64,000 nucleotides of DNA, taken from contig CAVPLT010000004.1 of assembly GCA_963706325.1 (NCBI GenBank), positions 704,001 to 768,000 of the forward strand, written 5' to 3'. Positions 62,714 through 64,000 of this stretch are shown in pieces. The stretch is from an uncultured Nitrospiraceae bacterium (GTDB lineage Bacteria > Nitrospirota > Nitrospiria > Nitrospirales > Nitrospiraceae). Within the stretch, counting starts at the first letter, position 1; every line of letters begins with the position of its first letter. The notes beneath the pieces are model-generated. The model did not search any database. It was not told the origin of the DNA and was given only the letters and a program-made list of their open reading frames with translations. Made by a program: the position numbers and the translations under genes.

Positions 62714-64000
62714 ATGACCTCATCACAGGCGCGTGTACTTATTGTCGATGACAATGCGGAGACGGTCTCCGTTCTGCGGGATATTTTGTCGAGGGAGGGG
62801 TATCAGATTTCGTCCGCCGGCGATCCGAAGGCTGCGCACAGTTATCTGGAAAAATTCTCCGCTGATATGATTCTGACCGATCTCCATTTGCCGCAAGTAG
62901 ATGGATTAACATTTTTGAGCCAAGTGCGCGAGCACTCGAAGGACATCCCCGTGGTGCTCATGACCGCCTACGGTTCTCTCCGCACCGCCGTCGAGGGGCT
63001 CAAGGCTGGCGCATTCGACTATCTGAGCAAACCGTTCATGGATGATGAGGTGCGGCTGGTGGTGCGCCGGGCGCTCGAGCAAAAGTACAATGCCTCGCCG
63101 GGCCCAATGCCTTCCGATCCTCTGCCGCAGCCCCCCGTATTCGAGAATTTGATCGGCAGCAGTCCTGCAATGGTGAATGTGTACAAGGCGGTCGCTCGCG
63201 TCGCGCAAGCGGACACCACAGTCCTCCTACAAGGTGAGAGTGGCACTGGCAAAGAACTGATCGCCCGCGCAATCCATGATAATGGGCCTCGTAGCGCCGG
63301 TCCGTTTGTGACGGTCGATGGGAGTGCGTTGGCTGAAACACTTCTGGAGTCGGAATTGTTCGGCCATGAACGCGGATCTTTCACCGGGGCGGTCGCCACG
63401 CGCAAAGGTTTGCTCGAACGGGCGCATTCGGGGACATGTTTCCTGGACGAGGTCGCGGATCTATCGCCTGCGTTGCAAGGAAAGCTACTTCGTGCCCTTC
63501 AAGAAAAAGAGATTCGTCGAGTCGGCAGTAATGCCCCGACGATGCTGGATGTCAGGATTATTGCGGCTTCGAAGACGCCTCTTGAGCCGTTAGTGAAAGC
63601 CGGCACGTTTCGAGAGGATTTATATTATCGAATGAACGTGGTGACTATTGAGATCCCGCCCCTCCGCGAGAGGGCTGAGGATATCCCTCTTTTGGCCCAG
63701 CGCTTTGTTCAAACCTATGGTTCCACGGCAGCCACTCCGGTAACCGGCATTTCTCCTGAAGCCATGCGCCTCATCAGCGACTACTGGTGGCCGGGAAACG
63801 TGCGTGAACTGGAACATGCGATCGAGCGGGCAGTCGCGCTGAGCTCCCATTCGATTATTTGCCCGGAGGATCTTCCGCCCGCAGTGAAAAACGTTCAACC
63901 GCAAGCAGCGGCTCGCGCCCAGGGATGGGTCACGTTGGAGGATTTGGAACGTGACCACATCCTGCGCGTGCTGGAGTCTCATGAGCGCGACCTGAGCCGT
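62714..64000 (+). CDS. Sigma54-dependent response regulator (NtrC/AtoC family), 3'-truncated by the window edge; absent from ORF track
   Basis: Own translation: MTSSQARVLIVDD, LTDL, MTAYG, GESGTGKE, ESELFGHERGSFTGA, FLDEV, FREDLYYR, WPGNVREL. Confidence 0.92.
   Translation, partial: MTSSQARVLIVDDNAETVSVLRDILSREGYQISSAGDPKAAHSYLEKFSADMILTDLHLPQVDGLTFLSQVREHSKDIPVVLMTAYGSLRTAVEGLKAGAFDYLSKPFMDDEVRLVVRRALEQKYNASPGPMPSDPLPQPPVFENLIGSSPAMVNVYKAVARVAQADTTVLLQGESGTGKELIARAIHDNGPRSAGPFVTVDGSALAETLLESELFGHERGSFTGAVATRKGLLERAHSGTCFLDEVADLSPALQGKLLRALQEKEIRRVGSNAPTMLDVRIIAASKTPLEPLVKAGTFREDLYYRMNVVTIEIPPLRERAEDIPLLAQRFVQTYGSTAATPVTGISPEAMRLISDYWWPGNVRELEHAIERAVALSSHSIICPEDLPPAVKNVQPQAAARAQGWVTLEDLERDHILRVLESHERDLSR

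Overview
Bacterial chromosomal window, GC-rich by eye. The gene mix (form IV RuBisCO-like protein, NAD-linked formate dehydrogenase plus FocA, class II RNR, several USP, PilZ, HD-GYP and sigma54 elements, DUF748) suggests a Nitrospira-like organism; this is inference, not proven. Most of the window is housekeeping or stress genes (prx, clpX, msrB, lon, otsA, mutY/mutT, miaB/mtaB, USP cluster, fdsGBA-focA, ampG, nrdJ, a truncated NtrC-type regulator). An accessory block at about 24.3-34.5 kb holds an antitoxin/RelE/Cys-less IscA-like triad, a lower-GC RloC-like ATPase-HEPN gene (frameshifted), a CorE/ECF44-like Cys-rich sigma factor facing a 53-aa, 12-Cys metallothionein-like ORF, a membrane methyltransferase, an Mre11/Rad50-like YhaO-YhaN pair and a 2OG-oxygenase remnant. 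Best candidates for something new: (1) the sigma factor-metallothionein module; (2) a 4-copy palindromic repeat family with co-varying arms, a conserved C.C mismatch, an inverted core in one copy, and placement at TAG stop codons. Six single-base frameshifts (five +1, one -1) may be assembly errors. No rRNA, tRNA, CRISPR array or transposase was recognised.
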